Source of the DNA: Octopus vulgaris
Lineage: Eukaryota
Reading direction: 5' to 3'
DNA: 64,000 bases
Assembly (NCBI GenBank): GCA_951406725.2
Contig: OX597815.1
Span: 186,682,001-186,746,000 of the forward strand
Shown here one piece after another: positions 38,974-52,194 of the stretch. The number at the start of each line of letters is the position of its first letter. Positions within the stretch are counted from its first letter, which is position 1. The notes under the pieces are model-generated. The model did no database searches and was not told the DNA's origin. It was given only the letters and a program-made list of their open reading frames with translations. The position numbers were made by a program, and so were the translations under genes.

Positions 38974-39210
38974 GATTTGGTTAAAAGGAGACGATGAGCG
39001 ATGGCTAGAAGAATATTGAGCTATAGTTGATAACCAGCTGATCTGCGGGGCCTCATATCAGTGAGGGGGGGCGATGCGAATTGATGCCGTCGAGAGGTAG
39101 GCCCCGAAACGGCGCGCATTCTCTCCTGATGACCCCATACATTTGCTGGCTTCCGATATGCGGAGTTTTTGACTGGTAGCACTTGCATGTGCAAATTGTT
39201 TGCAAGACAT
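38974..39210. repeat. Unclassified dispersed GC-rich repeat, copy 1
   Basis: Aligns along its length to the reverse complement of 59681-59927. Confidence 0.85.
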
Positions 39211-39872
39211 TTAGCAATGTATCACTTGAATCACTCAAATAATGTCAGCATAGTGTTCAGAATTCACTTACGATTGGAAACGTCTCCTGATCACCCCACA
39301 CACACACACACAAACACAAACACACAAACACCTTAAATCGTAATTATCTCAACCAGCTATGCCTTGTTCAACACCCTTGCCATAAATACTCCATATTCCA
39401 TACTCTTTGAAATAAGAGAAGAATTTCTTATGAATGATAATCGACAACCTAGCCATCCACGTATTTCTGTTAACAATTGATCTCTGCGTGAATAACCGAT
39501 AGGGAAGAAATTCTCATTTAACTCCTTTAATACTAATTAAATGACAATATTATCGATGTTTTATCACGGTGTGGAATCTGACTAGATGAAACGTACTAAA
39601 AGTAAAGCGCTTTAGTTAATCTAAAATATAGCCAATGAGAACGCTTTCATACATTTCGATAAGGAATTGATAACTTTCTATATTCATGCACTAATATTTT
39701 CTGTCATTATATCAACCCTAAAACAACTTAATCAATTTTTTGTATATTTTAAGCCTAATCGACACATAAATCACTAGCAATAACATCACAAGGATAAAGG
39801 ATCGATTAATATTGAAAATAAACAGAAAGAGGGAAGAGTAAAACTGGACACTCTAAACACTAGAGACAAATC

Positions 39873-40674
39873 TTCTTTTCTACTTTAGGCACAAGGCCCG
39901 AAATTTGGAGGGGGGGGAGCCAGTCGATTAGATCGACCCCAGTTCGCAACTGGTACTTATTTTATCGATCTGGAAATGATGAAAAGGCAAAGTCGACCTC
40001 GGTGAAATTTGAACTCAGAACGTAAAGACAGACGACATGCCGCTAAGCATTTTGCCCGGGGCTAAACATAGAGGGGACAAACAAGGACAGACAAAAGGAT
40101 GAAGTCAATTAGATCGACCCCAGTGCGTAACTGGTACTTAATTTATCGACCCCGAAAGGATGACAGACAAAGTCGACCTCGGTGGAATTTGAACTCAGAA
40201 CGTAGCGACGAGCGAAATACTTGTTTCTTTACTACCCACAAGGGGCTAAACATAGAGGGGACAAACAAGGACAGACAAACGGATTAAGTCGATTATATTG
40301 ACCCCAGTGTGAACTGATACTTATTTAATCGACCCCGAAAGGATGAAAAAGGCAAAGTCGACCTCTGCGGAATTTGAACTCAGAACGTAACGGCAGACGA
40401 AATACCGCTAAGCATTTCGCCCGGCATGCTAACGTTTCTTATTTCTTTATTGCCCACAAAGGGCTAAATACAGAGGGGACAAACAAGGACAGACAAAGGG
40501 ACTAAGGCGATTACATCGACACCCAGTGCGTAACTGGTACTTAATTTATCGACCCCGAAAGGATAAAAAAGGCAAAGTCGACCTCGGCGGAATTTGAACT
40601 CACAAGGTAATGGCAGACGAAATACTGCTAAGCATTTCGCCCGGCATGCAAACGTTTCTGCCAGCTCGCCGCCT
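39873..40674 (-). mobile_element. SINE family A tetramer (three A2 units + terminal A1)
   Basis: Four cores gtcgactttg..tcatc..gtcgat read on the - strand, with the head at 40674. Confidence 0.9.
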
Positions 40675-42529
40675 TAATGCCTCTATGTATCTCTAGTGTC
40701 ATAAAATAAATATTTGTATTTACGTCTTCGCGGAATTACATCTTATTATCCCAGAACTTCCAAAGATCTGCGTTTATTTTTTGACAAAGGCATATTCCGT
40801 TCCAAATGATAATCGTTTCCTTTCGCTTCTAACCGTAAACAACCTTTTCTAAATCTCGTCCTCTAAGTAATATTGATTTTCTCGCATTTTCAACAATACA
40901 TTTCTAGTCAAAGGTTGTTTCCTTCAGATTCTTTTTCAGTTGTTTAAATGGATATACTCCTTTCATAACATCTGTTCAATCATGAAAATTGAACTACGTA
41001 AAAGTTTAGTTTGCTTATGGAAAATTAAAGAATTTCTTAACACTTCTGTTGTAAAGTGAAATACGTATCCTACGGCGAAAGTTCTATAACTGCTTGTTGT
41101 AGATTATAGGATTATGACGACAAACAAATTTAAAATTCCTAGAACCTATTTCAGTGCTTCTGTAATAGAATTAAATGTAATCTCTTTCAAATCATTTATT
41201 ATGCTTTACAATTTCTGTTTCAACTATGTTTTATAAGCGATATTATTTCCCAAAATTCATTGTTTTACATGGACGAATCGACATAACCCCCATCTTCTTA
41301 CGATGTTTGATTATGTACCTTTACATTTTCACTTTAAATACCCCCACACCATGATTTATTTACTCTTAATTATTTCATAGTTGATTATTGTGAAATACTA
41401 GTCAATTGATTACGGTAAAGTACTGGTCAACTTATCGAACTTGGTCAGTCCAAACGTTTGTAATCGTAAGAAAATGTCCAAACATACTTTCACCAAACTA
41501 CCTAAAGTTTGCTTCTTATTTATCTACTAATAAATTCGTATTTAACACATAGTGTGTTGCATGAAACATAGAATAAAATCAAAGCAGAGATGGGAAATTC
41601 TATTGTTATTTGAAAAGTAATTCTTAAAATTTTCTAAGTCTAATTCTTGAAGCGAAGATTAGAAGTAGATGGAATCCGCTTAGTATATAACTGCGTCTTA
41701 TCTGTTGACCTCAGAATGATAAAAGATGAGGCCTTTTCCCAGCACAACTTCAATCTATGACGTAAAGAGACAAAATTAAATAATAACGGTCAAACGACTT
41801 ACAGTTTTGCCAGTTTATTGCTCTCTTTGTATCGAAGCCATATTACCTTAACAGTAGACTGTCAAAGTTGTTAAGTCTGATGCGAAAATGCTTTGTGTTA
41901 TTCTAATTACGTTATTTACACCCTGAATTCAAAAGCTGTCGGGATCGATTCGGCCGTTTATGTTGGAGGGGTCTTTTTATAAAATGAGTACCCATCGACT
42001 ACTGGAACTGATGTCGTCGACTGTGATCGTCAGAAATCTATATACCCAAGTTGTCTATTTGAACGCTTTTTGCCTTTTACTTGGAAATTGAGTGGAGTTA
42101 AAATTCAATAGATTTACAGAAATTCTAAAATGTACTAAATATCATAGTACTGAATACATTTAGTCTCGTATCGCTCTTAAAATTAAACACAAACGCCGTA
42201 TTTTTAAAGGATCGTGCAACTTTCGTTAACATAACAATCAGATATATACTGGAGCTACTTTAAGTAACTATACAATACGTTTTATATGATATAAGGCTAC
42301 GAACACAATATTAATCAATTAATGTGTATCGCAAAGTTAAATACAGAACAAAAAGCAAGTTTTCACGGATGGCTTACTGGAGAAACTTCTCTTCTCTAAC
42401 ATTATACACTGCAGAGACATCAGATTCGTTTCCCAATGCTTCTTTCACAATTCCCTCTGCAGTCAGTCTTACGACATTTATTTGATTCTTCATCGTCTCA
42501 GAAATACTACTACTACTACTACTACTACA

Positions 42530-42584
<55 letters not shown>

Positions 42585-42600
42585 TATGTGTGAGTGTGTG

Positions 42601-42773
42601 TAGGAGTGGCTGCGTGGTAAGTTGCTTGCTTACGAACCACATGGTTCCGGGTTCAGTCCCACTGCGTGACACCTTGGGCAAGTGTATTCTACTATAGTCT
42701 CGGGCCGACCAAAGCCTTGTGAGTGGATTTGGTAGACGGAAATTGAAAGAAGCCTGTCGTATAAATGTGTGTG

Positions 42774-42816
<43 letters not shown>

Positions 42817-42950
42817 ATGTTTGTGCTTCTGTGTTTGTCCTCCCAACATCGCTTGACAACAGATGCTGGTGTGTTTACGTCCCAGTTACTTAGTGGTTCA
42901 GAAAAGAGACCAATAGAATAAGTACTAGGCTTACAAAGAATAAGTCCTGT
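42601..42950 (+). mobile_element. SINE family B, 3'-truncated
   Basis: Head and body match other family B copies. Confidence 0.9.
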
Positions 42951-44167
42951 GGTCTACGTACAGTTAATTAGCTCCTTTCTGCTTTCAGAATACGAAAATA
43001 AAGTTTTTGATACAGGTGACTATACATAAATTTTCTCTGCAAAGAGAAGAGAAGGCGGATGGTATTGAACTCCCTGCTAAGTAATCCTCAAAACAACCGA
43101 AACCAGAAATCAGACCAATCCTTTTGTTTTGTGCGTGAAGAGACTGTAGAATCATTTGTTTACATGTACACATTTTATTCGATTAGATTCATAGTGCCAA
43201 CTAAGACTAACACTTGTATAATAGATATTGCTCTAAAGTAAATTTACAAATACTGATGAGTTTTATAATTAAACAAAATAGATATAAATAATAATTAAAT
43301 TTCAGAATCTTTTTATTTTCATTCTTATTGACAAAGAAGCAACAGAAAACGCAATTTAACCAAATCATAGATTCTTTCGCGGGAGCATTAAATTAATTAA
43401 AAGTCGCGAGTTCGTTCCACTTCGACTGGGAAATGTTTATTATTGCTTAAGTGAAAAGCTTTATGAAGTTAGCGTTCAATTTTAATGAAGATTTCTTTAC
43501 ATCGAAAAATTAATGCTTTTCATTAGAAATTCTAATGAATATTCCAATTTTTTCAATTTGTTTTATATACTCTCTCAATTGTTTTTTACTAAAGAAAGTA
43601 GAAAATAAATTGATTTAATTATAACCAGATATAGAAAAATGTCTGTCTCCTTGTTTTCCCGCGAGGAACAACATATCTCGTAAACAATGTATATAGAATG
43701 TATTTTAAAGTGTTTCTACTATGTTCTAAAGTGTAGCTACTAAGTTTCATATCAATATCTTTTTCATCACTAGTAGCAAGTTTCGGTTCTGTTTATATTG
43801 TTATGTGTTGGGGGTTTTTTTCCAGTAAGATAATGATCAGTATATTATGTCAACCAGTTCGTACTGTGCAAGATTTCCACCAATGTCGACCTCGTTTCAT
43901 AGTTTCTTCGTATGTTTTATAGAATGCTAGATGTGAATAGGTTAGTAGCTTCTAGCTCAAAATTTCTCTATTTCGATACATTGAATGGTTCTCCCAAACG
44001 ATCACAGAGTGTAGTGAAACCATTTCTGAAAACGAGAAAGAAAGAAGGATGCATTACTGTTCCTTCGCTGTCAATATATCTCAATACATCGCAGTAATGA
44101 AAGAGAAAGATGACGCCGGCGAGATTTCGAACTTAGAATGCAAAAAGCTGGAAGAATTATTGTAACA

Positions 44168-44317
44168 GGCGCGGCAGTGTGTTAAGAAGCTTACTTCAGG
44201 CTTACATGGTTCCAGGTTCAATTCCAGTGCGCTACACCTTGGGCAAATGTCTCCTACTATAACCTTTAGCCTACCAAAGCCTTCTGAGTGGATTTGGTAG
44301 ATGGAAACTGAAAGCCC

Positions 44318-44357
<40 letters not shown>

Positions 44358-45110
44358 TGTTTTTATTTTGTCCCCAAACGCCGCTTGGTAACGGGTATCG
44401 GTGTGTTTACGTCCCCGTAACTTAGGGGTTCGGCAAAAAGTTCCCGATAGAATATGTAGTGAGGTTGATTCATTCGGCTTAGAGTTCTTCAAGGTGGAAC
44501 TCCAGCATGGCCGCAGTCCCATGACTGAAACAATTTCAATGTAACAGAAAGGATGAAATGCAAACCATTTGCTCGAAACAAAACTATGCGTCCAACCGAC
44601 AGTCCTATTGTGTGAACTCCATACTCTTATACTCTTTTACTTGTTTCAGTCATATGACTGTGGCCATGCTGGGGCACCGCCTTTAGTCGAGCAAATCAAC
44701 CCCAGTACTGATTCTTTGTAAGCCTAGTACTTATTCTATCGGTCTCTTTTGCTGAACCGATAAGTTACGGGGACGTAAACACACCAGCATCGGTTGTCAA
44801 GCGATGTTGCGGAGACAGACACAGACGCACAAACTTATACACACACAAAGGCATACATTTTTTTGGGGTTTCAGCTCAGAGCTGCGGCTATGCTGATGCA
44901 CCGCCGTTTTGCTGATATATATATATATATATATATGTACATATATTCCACGGGCGTGTTTCAGTTTCCGTCTACCAAATCCACTCACAAGGCTTTGGTC
45001 GGCCCGAGGCTATAGTAGAAGACACTTGCCCAAGGTTCCACGCGGCGGGATTGAACCCGGAACCATGTAGTTCGTAAGCAAGCTACTTACCACACAGCTA
45101 CTCCTATGCC
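44168..45110. mobile_element. Convergent pair of family B SINEs (+ 44168-44532; - 44623-45110)
   Basis: Family B motifs read on both strands. Confidence 0.88.
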
Positions 45111-46068
45111 TATATTACATAAAAATTGTTTAATTCAATAAATAGCAACTCATGTATTCTAAATAGGATTCGTGAATGTTATTTTTCCAAGTGAGCTTTC
45201 ATGTATATCATTTTGTAAACTAGACACAACCAAATGTAGAATAGCATAAACTCTGTTTTTAACGTTATTTTATATAAAGACTATTACTTCAGAGTATAAA
45301 CATATGAACAGGAATTCCAGCGGCATGAAATAAGGTTTCAGAAATCAAAGACAGCGAATTATTTTTCTGAATGAAACCATATCAAAACCGAAACAAAATC
45401 AGCCATTGAAATATCATTCATATATGAGAGTATGTCTACGTGTGTAAGTAATCTGTGGCTCTGTGTGTGTGTGTGTGTGTGCTATATTGTGTTCCGTTGA
45501 AATAGATGCGATTTACATACCCAGCCAAGTGGAATACAGTATTAACTTTTTTTCCATTAAAATATAAAAGTTATAAATATTCCCCTTCAGACTGTGTCGA
45601 TTTCAGATTTCAGACAATTACAAAATGTGATTTGTCTGTACATTTTCATTGGGATATCAGCGTATTTAATTTGTTTATTCGTGCATAAATTTCAAAAACA
45701 AACATATTTTCAGTGATTGAGAGCAAGCATTTAGCCAGAGTTTGCTCTATAGAATCTGTTCCAGAATGAAATACTAAAACAAGAGATCAAATTTTAATAT
45801 GTTATGTCTAAGCGATATGTTTATTACTATGACTGATGATGACAGCCAACATACAAGGTCTATGAACAAACTCTATGAGACGGCAAATGAATAAGATAAA
45901 GCGAAATAATGACTTGCACTACGTGCAGCTTCTGTAAACAAGAATATTAATGAAAGCACTTTTAGAAAACGAAGACTGTATTCTCTGAAGAAAAAACTTT
46001 GCACGTATACATACATATATATACATATATACACATAAGTATATATATAAGTATGTACTATATACAAT

Positions 46069-46117
<49 letters not shown>

Positions 46118-47151
46118 GGCGCTAGAGTTACTGTGTAGTAAGAAGCGTGCTTCCCAGACACATGGTTCCGGGTTCAGTCCCACTGCGTGACACCTTGGGC
46201 AAATGTTTTTTACTACAGTATCAGGCCGACCAAAACCTTGTGAGTGGATTTGAAAGGTGGAAACTGAAAGAAGCCCGTAGTATAATATATATGTGTGTGT
46301 ATGTATTTGTGTCTGTGTTTTTCTCCCACTCCCACTATCGCTTCACAACCGATGTTGATGTGTTTACGTCCTCGTAAGCTACCGCTTCGACAAAAGACAC
46401 CGACAGAATAAGTACTAGACTTACAAAAAGAATAATTCCTGGTGTCGATTCGTTCGACTAAAGGCAGTGCTGCAGCATGGGCGAAGTCAAATGACTGAAA
46501 CAAGTAAAAGAATAAAAGAGTATATATAGAGATTTTCGATATATGGCTGCGTGTGTACTGTTGGCGATTTTCTTTCTCTGTCTTCCCTTCCTTGGACCGT
46601 TCTTTTTCCTATATTTCTGACGAAGAGCTCCGCTCGAAACGTTAAATCTTCCGTCTTCCCTTCCTTCCTGAGCGTCCAATAGCACTATACTTGTTCCACG
46701 TCCTCGCGTCGTTGTGTTTTCTCTATGTTCATGTTTGGATTAACTATATATACTCTTTTCCTCTTTATTCTTTTACTTGTCTCAGTCATTTAACTGCACC
46801 GCCTTTAATCGAGCAACTCAACCCCAGGACTTATTCTTTTGTAAGCCCGGTACTTATTCTATCGGTCTCTTTTGCCGAACAGCTAAGTAACGGGAACATA
46901 AACACACCAGCATCGGTTGTCAAGCAATGCTAGGGGGACAAACACAGACACACAAACACAAACACGCATATATATATATATACATATATACGACGGGATT
47001 CTTTCAGTTTCAGTCTACCAAATCCACTTACAAGGCTTTGGTCGGCCCGAGGCTATAGTAGAAGACACTTGCCCAAGGTGCCACGCAGTGGGACTGAACC
47101 CGGAACCATGTGGTTGGTAAACAAGCTACTTACCACACAGCCACTCCTGCG

Positions 47152-47153
<2 letters not shown>
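46118..47153. mobile_element. Convergent pair of family B SINEs (+ 46118-46520; - 46753-47153) enclosing a hammerhead module
   Basis: Family B motifs on both strands; module 46529-46746 lies between them. Confidence 0.88.
46613..46647 (+). ncRNA. Minimal type-I hammerhead ribozyme, canonical core
   Basis: ATTT-CTGACGA-A-GAGC-tcc-GCTC-GAAACGTT-AAAT with palindromic stem III. A second copy of the module is at 63267-63458. Confidence 0.82.
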
Positions 47154-47201
<48 letters not shown>

Positions 47202-47339
47202 TCAATAAATGGTGGGGTTGTGTTGACCGCAAGTGGAGAAATGATAAGTAAGGAAAAATTTTTTTTTTAAATGCAGAATGCTCAAATGAAAGAAAATTTT
47301 AATAAAATGAGAAATTGATAAAATATATAAATATATATT

Positions 47340-47380
47340 TATTCAACCGGTTTTCGTCATTGTATGACTTGTCAAGAATA
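47340..47380 (-). ncRNA. Hammerhead ribozyme of the Penelope pLTR, U3-A8 variant
   Basis: TATTC-TTGACAA-GTCAT-aca-ATGAC-GAAAACCGGTT-GAATA. Confidence 0.7.
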
Positions 47381-48007
47381 TTTATGTTTTAAAAAGTTTT
47401 TTTAAAATTAGAAAGGGGAAAAAAAGAAAATTGCATTGTTTTTTGTAAAAGAATAATGATAAAAATGTACAAAAATTAAAAAATAAGTTCTCCGATACAT
47501 TGTGAGTTCGTTGTGTATCTTGATTTTTATGGTTGTTTACGAAAAAATTACCTTGAGGTGTTAAGATCCAAAGGGATTAAGAGCATGTGTTGTGTTGTTA
47601 AATTCAGCATGTTTGCAGGACAGGAAGTAGTAGTAATTGTGGTCCTGGTTCTTCAGTTCCTGTGTTGTGAGTAAGGGGAGACAACTCTTTTGAGTTCTTC
47701 AATAAAACCCAAATTATAAAATTATCATTTTAGCTTCATTTGCGTTATCTTTTTTATATAATTGCTTGTTAACTTAACTTTCAGATTTTAACACTTTATT
47801 TATATTATTTTCTAATTATATAAATCTGCATAGACAATTGCATTTCAAATTGTCATATCATTTATAATAAAAATGATAGTAATAACAACAATAGTAAAAA
47901 TGATATTTAAAGAATATAAGTTTTAGCTTGAAGTGATGAATGCATGGTATCTTTATATATTTGTGTTAGTCCATCCATGAAGAGTGAGGTAGAGAAAGGA
48001 AGTTTGA

Positions 48008-49803
48008 TCAACGAGGAGTTTGCATATTAAGTTGTGTTTGGAATTTTTCAATAAAGAGATTCTCCTTGTTAATTCTCTCATGTGTGGTGATCCCGTCTTT
48101 ACATTGGTAGAAGGGGAATATATAGAATTTGGGGTTTAAGTCTTTAGCACAAGAGTCTAAGTGGTCACTCAGTGGAATTTGTTGGTATTCCGGGAGATTT
48201 ATTTGTTCTTTATGCACCGTTACTCGTTTACGTAACGAGAGACTCGTTTGTCCAACATAATTATGTTGGCAACCAGCGCATGTGAGAACGTAGATAAGGT
48301 TCTCGGAGGAACAGGAGAAGTTAGTCTTGATTTTAAACTTCGTACCTTGTTTGAAGGTAAATTCAGAGCCTTCAAGTAGAAAGGGGCAGGTACCACAGTT
48401 TGAGCGTGCACATTTTATTACTGTTGGGGGTGGATGTGGTGTGTGAAGTTTGGCATTTGTCAAGAGTTTTTTTAAAGATTTGTGTTGCCTTTTGCATTTG
48501 AGGATTTTGTGTGTATTTATAATGTTTTTCATTTTTGGGTCTGTTGACAGTAGACTGAGGTTTTGTATGATTGTGGTGTATGCTTCGATATTTTTGGGGT
48601 TGTGGGTGGAAATGTATGGAAGTATTTTGAGGTTGTGTGTGGTGTTAGGTTGGGTGGTTTTCAGTGTAGTGTTGTCTAGTTCTTTGGCGCGTTTTATTCC
48701 ATACTCTATAAGGGTGGAGGGATATTGATGTTGTAATAGTGTTTTTTTGAGGTCTTGAAGGCGTATTTCTCGTGTTTTTGGATCCGAGACAATGGTGCAT
48801 ACCCTTTTAGCTAAATTGAAAGGGATATTTGTCTTGGTGTGTTTTGGGTGGCATGAACTAAAGAGGAGGTATTGTTGTGAGTCTGTAGGTTTGTGGTAGA
48901 TGTCTGTTATGATTTCGTTCTTAGGTGTTTTTATAATTAGGAGATCAAGGAATGGGAGATGATGTTTGCTTAATTCCATAGTGAATTGGATGTTGGGATG
49001 TATGTTGTTTAGTATGGTTTTGAATTCCAGGAGTTTTTCATAAGGTTCTTTCCATATGATGAAACAATCATCTAAATACCTTTTCCAGTTTTCCATTAGG
49101 TAGGTGTGGAAAACATGTCCAAATTTCTGGCTTGATATTTCATAGAGTGACAGTTCGAAGTAACCCATTATGAGATTCGCAAGGACTGGTGCAGCCTTGG
49201 TACCCATCGCAATGCCACATTTTTGACGGTAGTGTGTGTCGTCGAAGAGAAAAAATTGTTTGTCAGAATGAACTTGAGAGATTCTGTAATAAAAGACTTG
49301 TTAATGCGGTCAGGGAATGTCTCTGGGTGTTTTTCTAGCCAGAAGTCAATTGCCTCTATACCATACTCATGTGGAATGTTGGTGTAGAGGTTGATGAAAT
49401 CAAAGGATACCAGGAGTGCCTCCTCGTTAACTGTTTTCGGGAGGTGTTTGAGCATGTCCAGATCATCCCTAATGAAACTTTTGATGTGGGTAAGGAAAGG
49501 TTTCAAAAGGATGTCTAGGAAGTTACTCAGGCGGTGTGTTTCACAGGAGGTACCAGCCACGATGGGCCTTAGTTTTAGGTCCTCCGGTGCTTTGATGTTG
49601 ATGTGGATGTCAGTGGAGAGTTTACAGGCTTCGGTGATGTATTTGTTTTTATGGATTTTAGGAAGGCCATAAAAAAGGCTGGGCTTGCATTTGAAAATGG
49701 TGATATAATCCCTTTCTTTTTCTGTGAGTCCCTGACCGTGTTGGCGTATGAGTGTGGTGAGGTTCCTAAATTTTTTTTTGCTGTTTGTAGTTGTTAATAA
49801 CCT
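48008..49803 (-). pseudogene. Penelope-type reverse transcriptase / GIY-YIG endonuclease ORF with one frameshift at 49249-49255
   Basis: FYGLPKIHK, LRPIV, SFDFINLYTNIPH, MGTKAAP, RYLDD, LPFLD, linker CARSNCGTC, LIYVLTCAGCQHNYVGQT..R..H..H..E..LN. The Cys linker and CCHH motif suggest the Neptune/Naiad-like group rather than Penelope/Poseidon (inference). Confidence 0.93.
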
Positions 49804-50296
49804 CATATACATATATATATATATATATAATATATGTACGTATGTATGTATATTGCAAGAGAAAGGTAAAACAAATACTGGAAATAGAGACATAGTATTT
49901 AGAGCTTTGAATCAAAAATGCAAGATCAAAATGATGTAATATAGGGAGTAGTTATGTTGGTTTTCTGCTGCTTATCCGCAGATCAGTAGTGAGCAAGTAT
50001 TACAGACGAGTCAGTTCCATCTTTTCCCACTTAATGTATCGGGTACCTCTTTCTCTTACGTACTCTTGTCCTTTATAACATGGTATGGTGTTATAAGAGA
50101 AAAATTTCGTTGATATTGCTAGCAGACTGAGCAACCGCATAGAGACCTCCTTGTTGCTATCATGCATCATATTGCGAATATATATCTGGACGTGATTTAT
50201 CTGAATATAAGCCCCTAGGCATGTTACTGATGCATCATTGTGGTTCAGTTAAAATTTAAGGGGGACGTTAGTTCCTGAGTTACATATATCTTAGAA

Positions 50297-50515
50297 CAGT
50301 GGTTTTCAACCAGGTCTCCGCGGAACCTTAGGGTTCCGCCAGTACAGTCTAGGGGTTCCGCAAGAAGTTACAAAACTGCTAAAATCGGCAGTAATTTTCA
50401 ATTCTCCTGTGCAGATTTGTGTGCATAAGACTATTAAATTATTGCACAGGAGTTCCTCGAGCCAGTGGAATGTTTCCTTGGGGTTCAGCTCCAGCAAAAA
50501 GTTTGAAAAGCACTG
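50297..50515. mobile_element. hAT (Charlie-like) MITE
   Basis: TIRs cagtggttttcaac / tttgaaaagcactg. Perfect 8-bp TSD tcttagaa (50289-50296/50516-50523). Confidence 0.9.
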
Positions 50516-51403
50516 TCTTAGAACTATATATAACGTTTTGAAGAATATTTATCTATCTACTGACTCGGGCGGGTTCTCTCCAAACGTTCCTGTGACATTT
50601 TGAGGTCTTGTTTGCAATTCAACATAGTGAAAGATTTGATCAACGTACGGTCATTCAGGGTCGTCCGACGCAAAAACACCTGTGACTCGGCATCCACAAA
50701 AGGAGCTCACTCATTAATTCATATTTACTTCGATAACAGTGGCCAGCATATTTTGTTTTCAGCTCTTGAATGATTGATCATATGTTAGGGATATTTGATA
50801 AAACTTTTCATTCAATGAATGGTGATTCCATGACTTGTTGAAAATAGCACGCAACATACGCGTATAAGTTCCTTCAAGCTTGCTTTCTATTTTTCGTCAG
50901 AGTCCATGCTGATGAACCATAAAGAAATACTGATTTTACAATATAGCGCTGAAGAACTTTCTTTTCATTCGGTTAAGAAGTATAAACTTCCAAAATCATT
51001 CATACTTTGTCCAGTGAATTCAATGCTTTTGTTATGTGGACTGATACAACTTTTTCGGTTTTCAATGGTCAATAATTATTTGTATCATTATATATGTGAA
51101 ACTGGCGTAAACTGATAATATAGACAAATCCACGACCCAGCTTTCATTCCTAGTTAAAGGGTTTATGTAACATTTCATTGTCGCACCACAAGAATAAAAT
51201 AGTTGCGACTTAATGACTCCATAGCTTCAGACATGCTTTCGTTTCTTAGTCTTGTGCTTATTTTGTATGGGAAAAATTCATTGACGTATAATAGAAATAC
51301 GTAACTAATTCCATACAGGAAAACGTCAAAAGTATTATTTAAAAAAAGGGCAATATCAAATTCTGCCAACTTCTATCGAAAGCTATCTCAGATTTATATT
51401 AAA

Positions 51404-51864
51404 CAAGTATTATAACCCGATTTCATTCGGGTCTACTCGGGCCACATTTTAAAGATGAGGAATTTAAAAAAAAAAACGAATATTTTATTAAAAAGAAAAT
51501 GAGGGCAAAAAGCACTAGTTTTTCCACAATGAAAAATGGTTTCCTAGTAGTCGGAATTTTGCGACAAAATGTATGTTTATTAAGCACAACAGCCTGCAGT
51601 GCATGTCATTGGGCATTAAAAGCCAATCGCACAAACCTAGAGGGGCTCTGGGCCCCCCTTGAATCGATAAAAAATCGCCCTTTTTTCCACAGCAACCACA
51701 TCTTTATAGCTTGCGAATTTTAACCATCGCAGGTCTCATCCTCGCCACGCATTTAGTATCCCTGCCAATTTTCAGCTCGATCATAGCCTTGGTTTGGCCG
51801 CCATTAACCGCCAAAGCAAAATGTGCATACAATTTTCGTCCAAGGACTGTTTTATATATGTAGA
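51404..51864 (-). mobile_element. Non-autonomous Helitron, diverged
   Basis: - strand starts TCtacatatataaaac and ends with hairpin cccgaatgaaatcggg followed by CTTG|T (CTAG variant). Confidence 0.6.
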
Positions 51865-52194
51865 CAAGAATTATTTGTTTATCACAATTAATTAGCATCA
51901 TATCAGTTTTTACTAAAACACAAAACTACGCTTTCCTGAAGAGGGTGTGATATTGTCTTGGAAACATTCAATGTTCTAATAAAAGCGAAACAATGTATCA
52001 AAAACGGCTCATTTTATGCTGAAGTACAGTGGTAGCGCACGTTACCCCAATATTTCCTAAAGAAGGAGGACCTGTAAGAATTGCTAATGAGATATGTAAA
52101 ATACGTATTCAATAGCATTAAGACGGTTTCCAATATTTTTACCTTGTCCAGAGCCATGACGAAAAAACGTAAATTATTCACTATTTAAGTTGTT

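Larger units (their letters stand above)
47200..49803 (-). mobile_element. Penelope-like retroelement, 5'-truncated, inserted in (TA)n
   Basis: RT + GIY-YIG ORF, about 800-nt 3' region containing a hammerhead, and (TA)n on both sides (47155-47199, 49805-49830). Confidence 0.93.

Noticed and set aside
39873-40674. Regularly spaced repeats resembling a CRISPR array
   Set aside because: The units are whole SINE monomers with homologous intervening sequence, and there are no cas genes.
42378-42493. Minus-strand exon MKNQINVVRLTAEG...EEKFL with a gtaag donor
   Set aside because: No good acceptor and no supporting neighbouring exons.
43248-43290. CTGATGA-GTTT..AAAC hammerhead-like string
   Set aside because: It has no GAAA and no stem I or stem III.
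51930-51987. CTGAAGA...GAAACATTcAATGTT hammerhead-like string
   Set aside because: Stem II does not close with a G-C pair, and stem I is not adjacent to the cleavage site.
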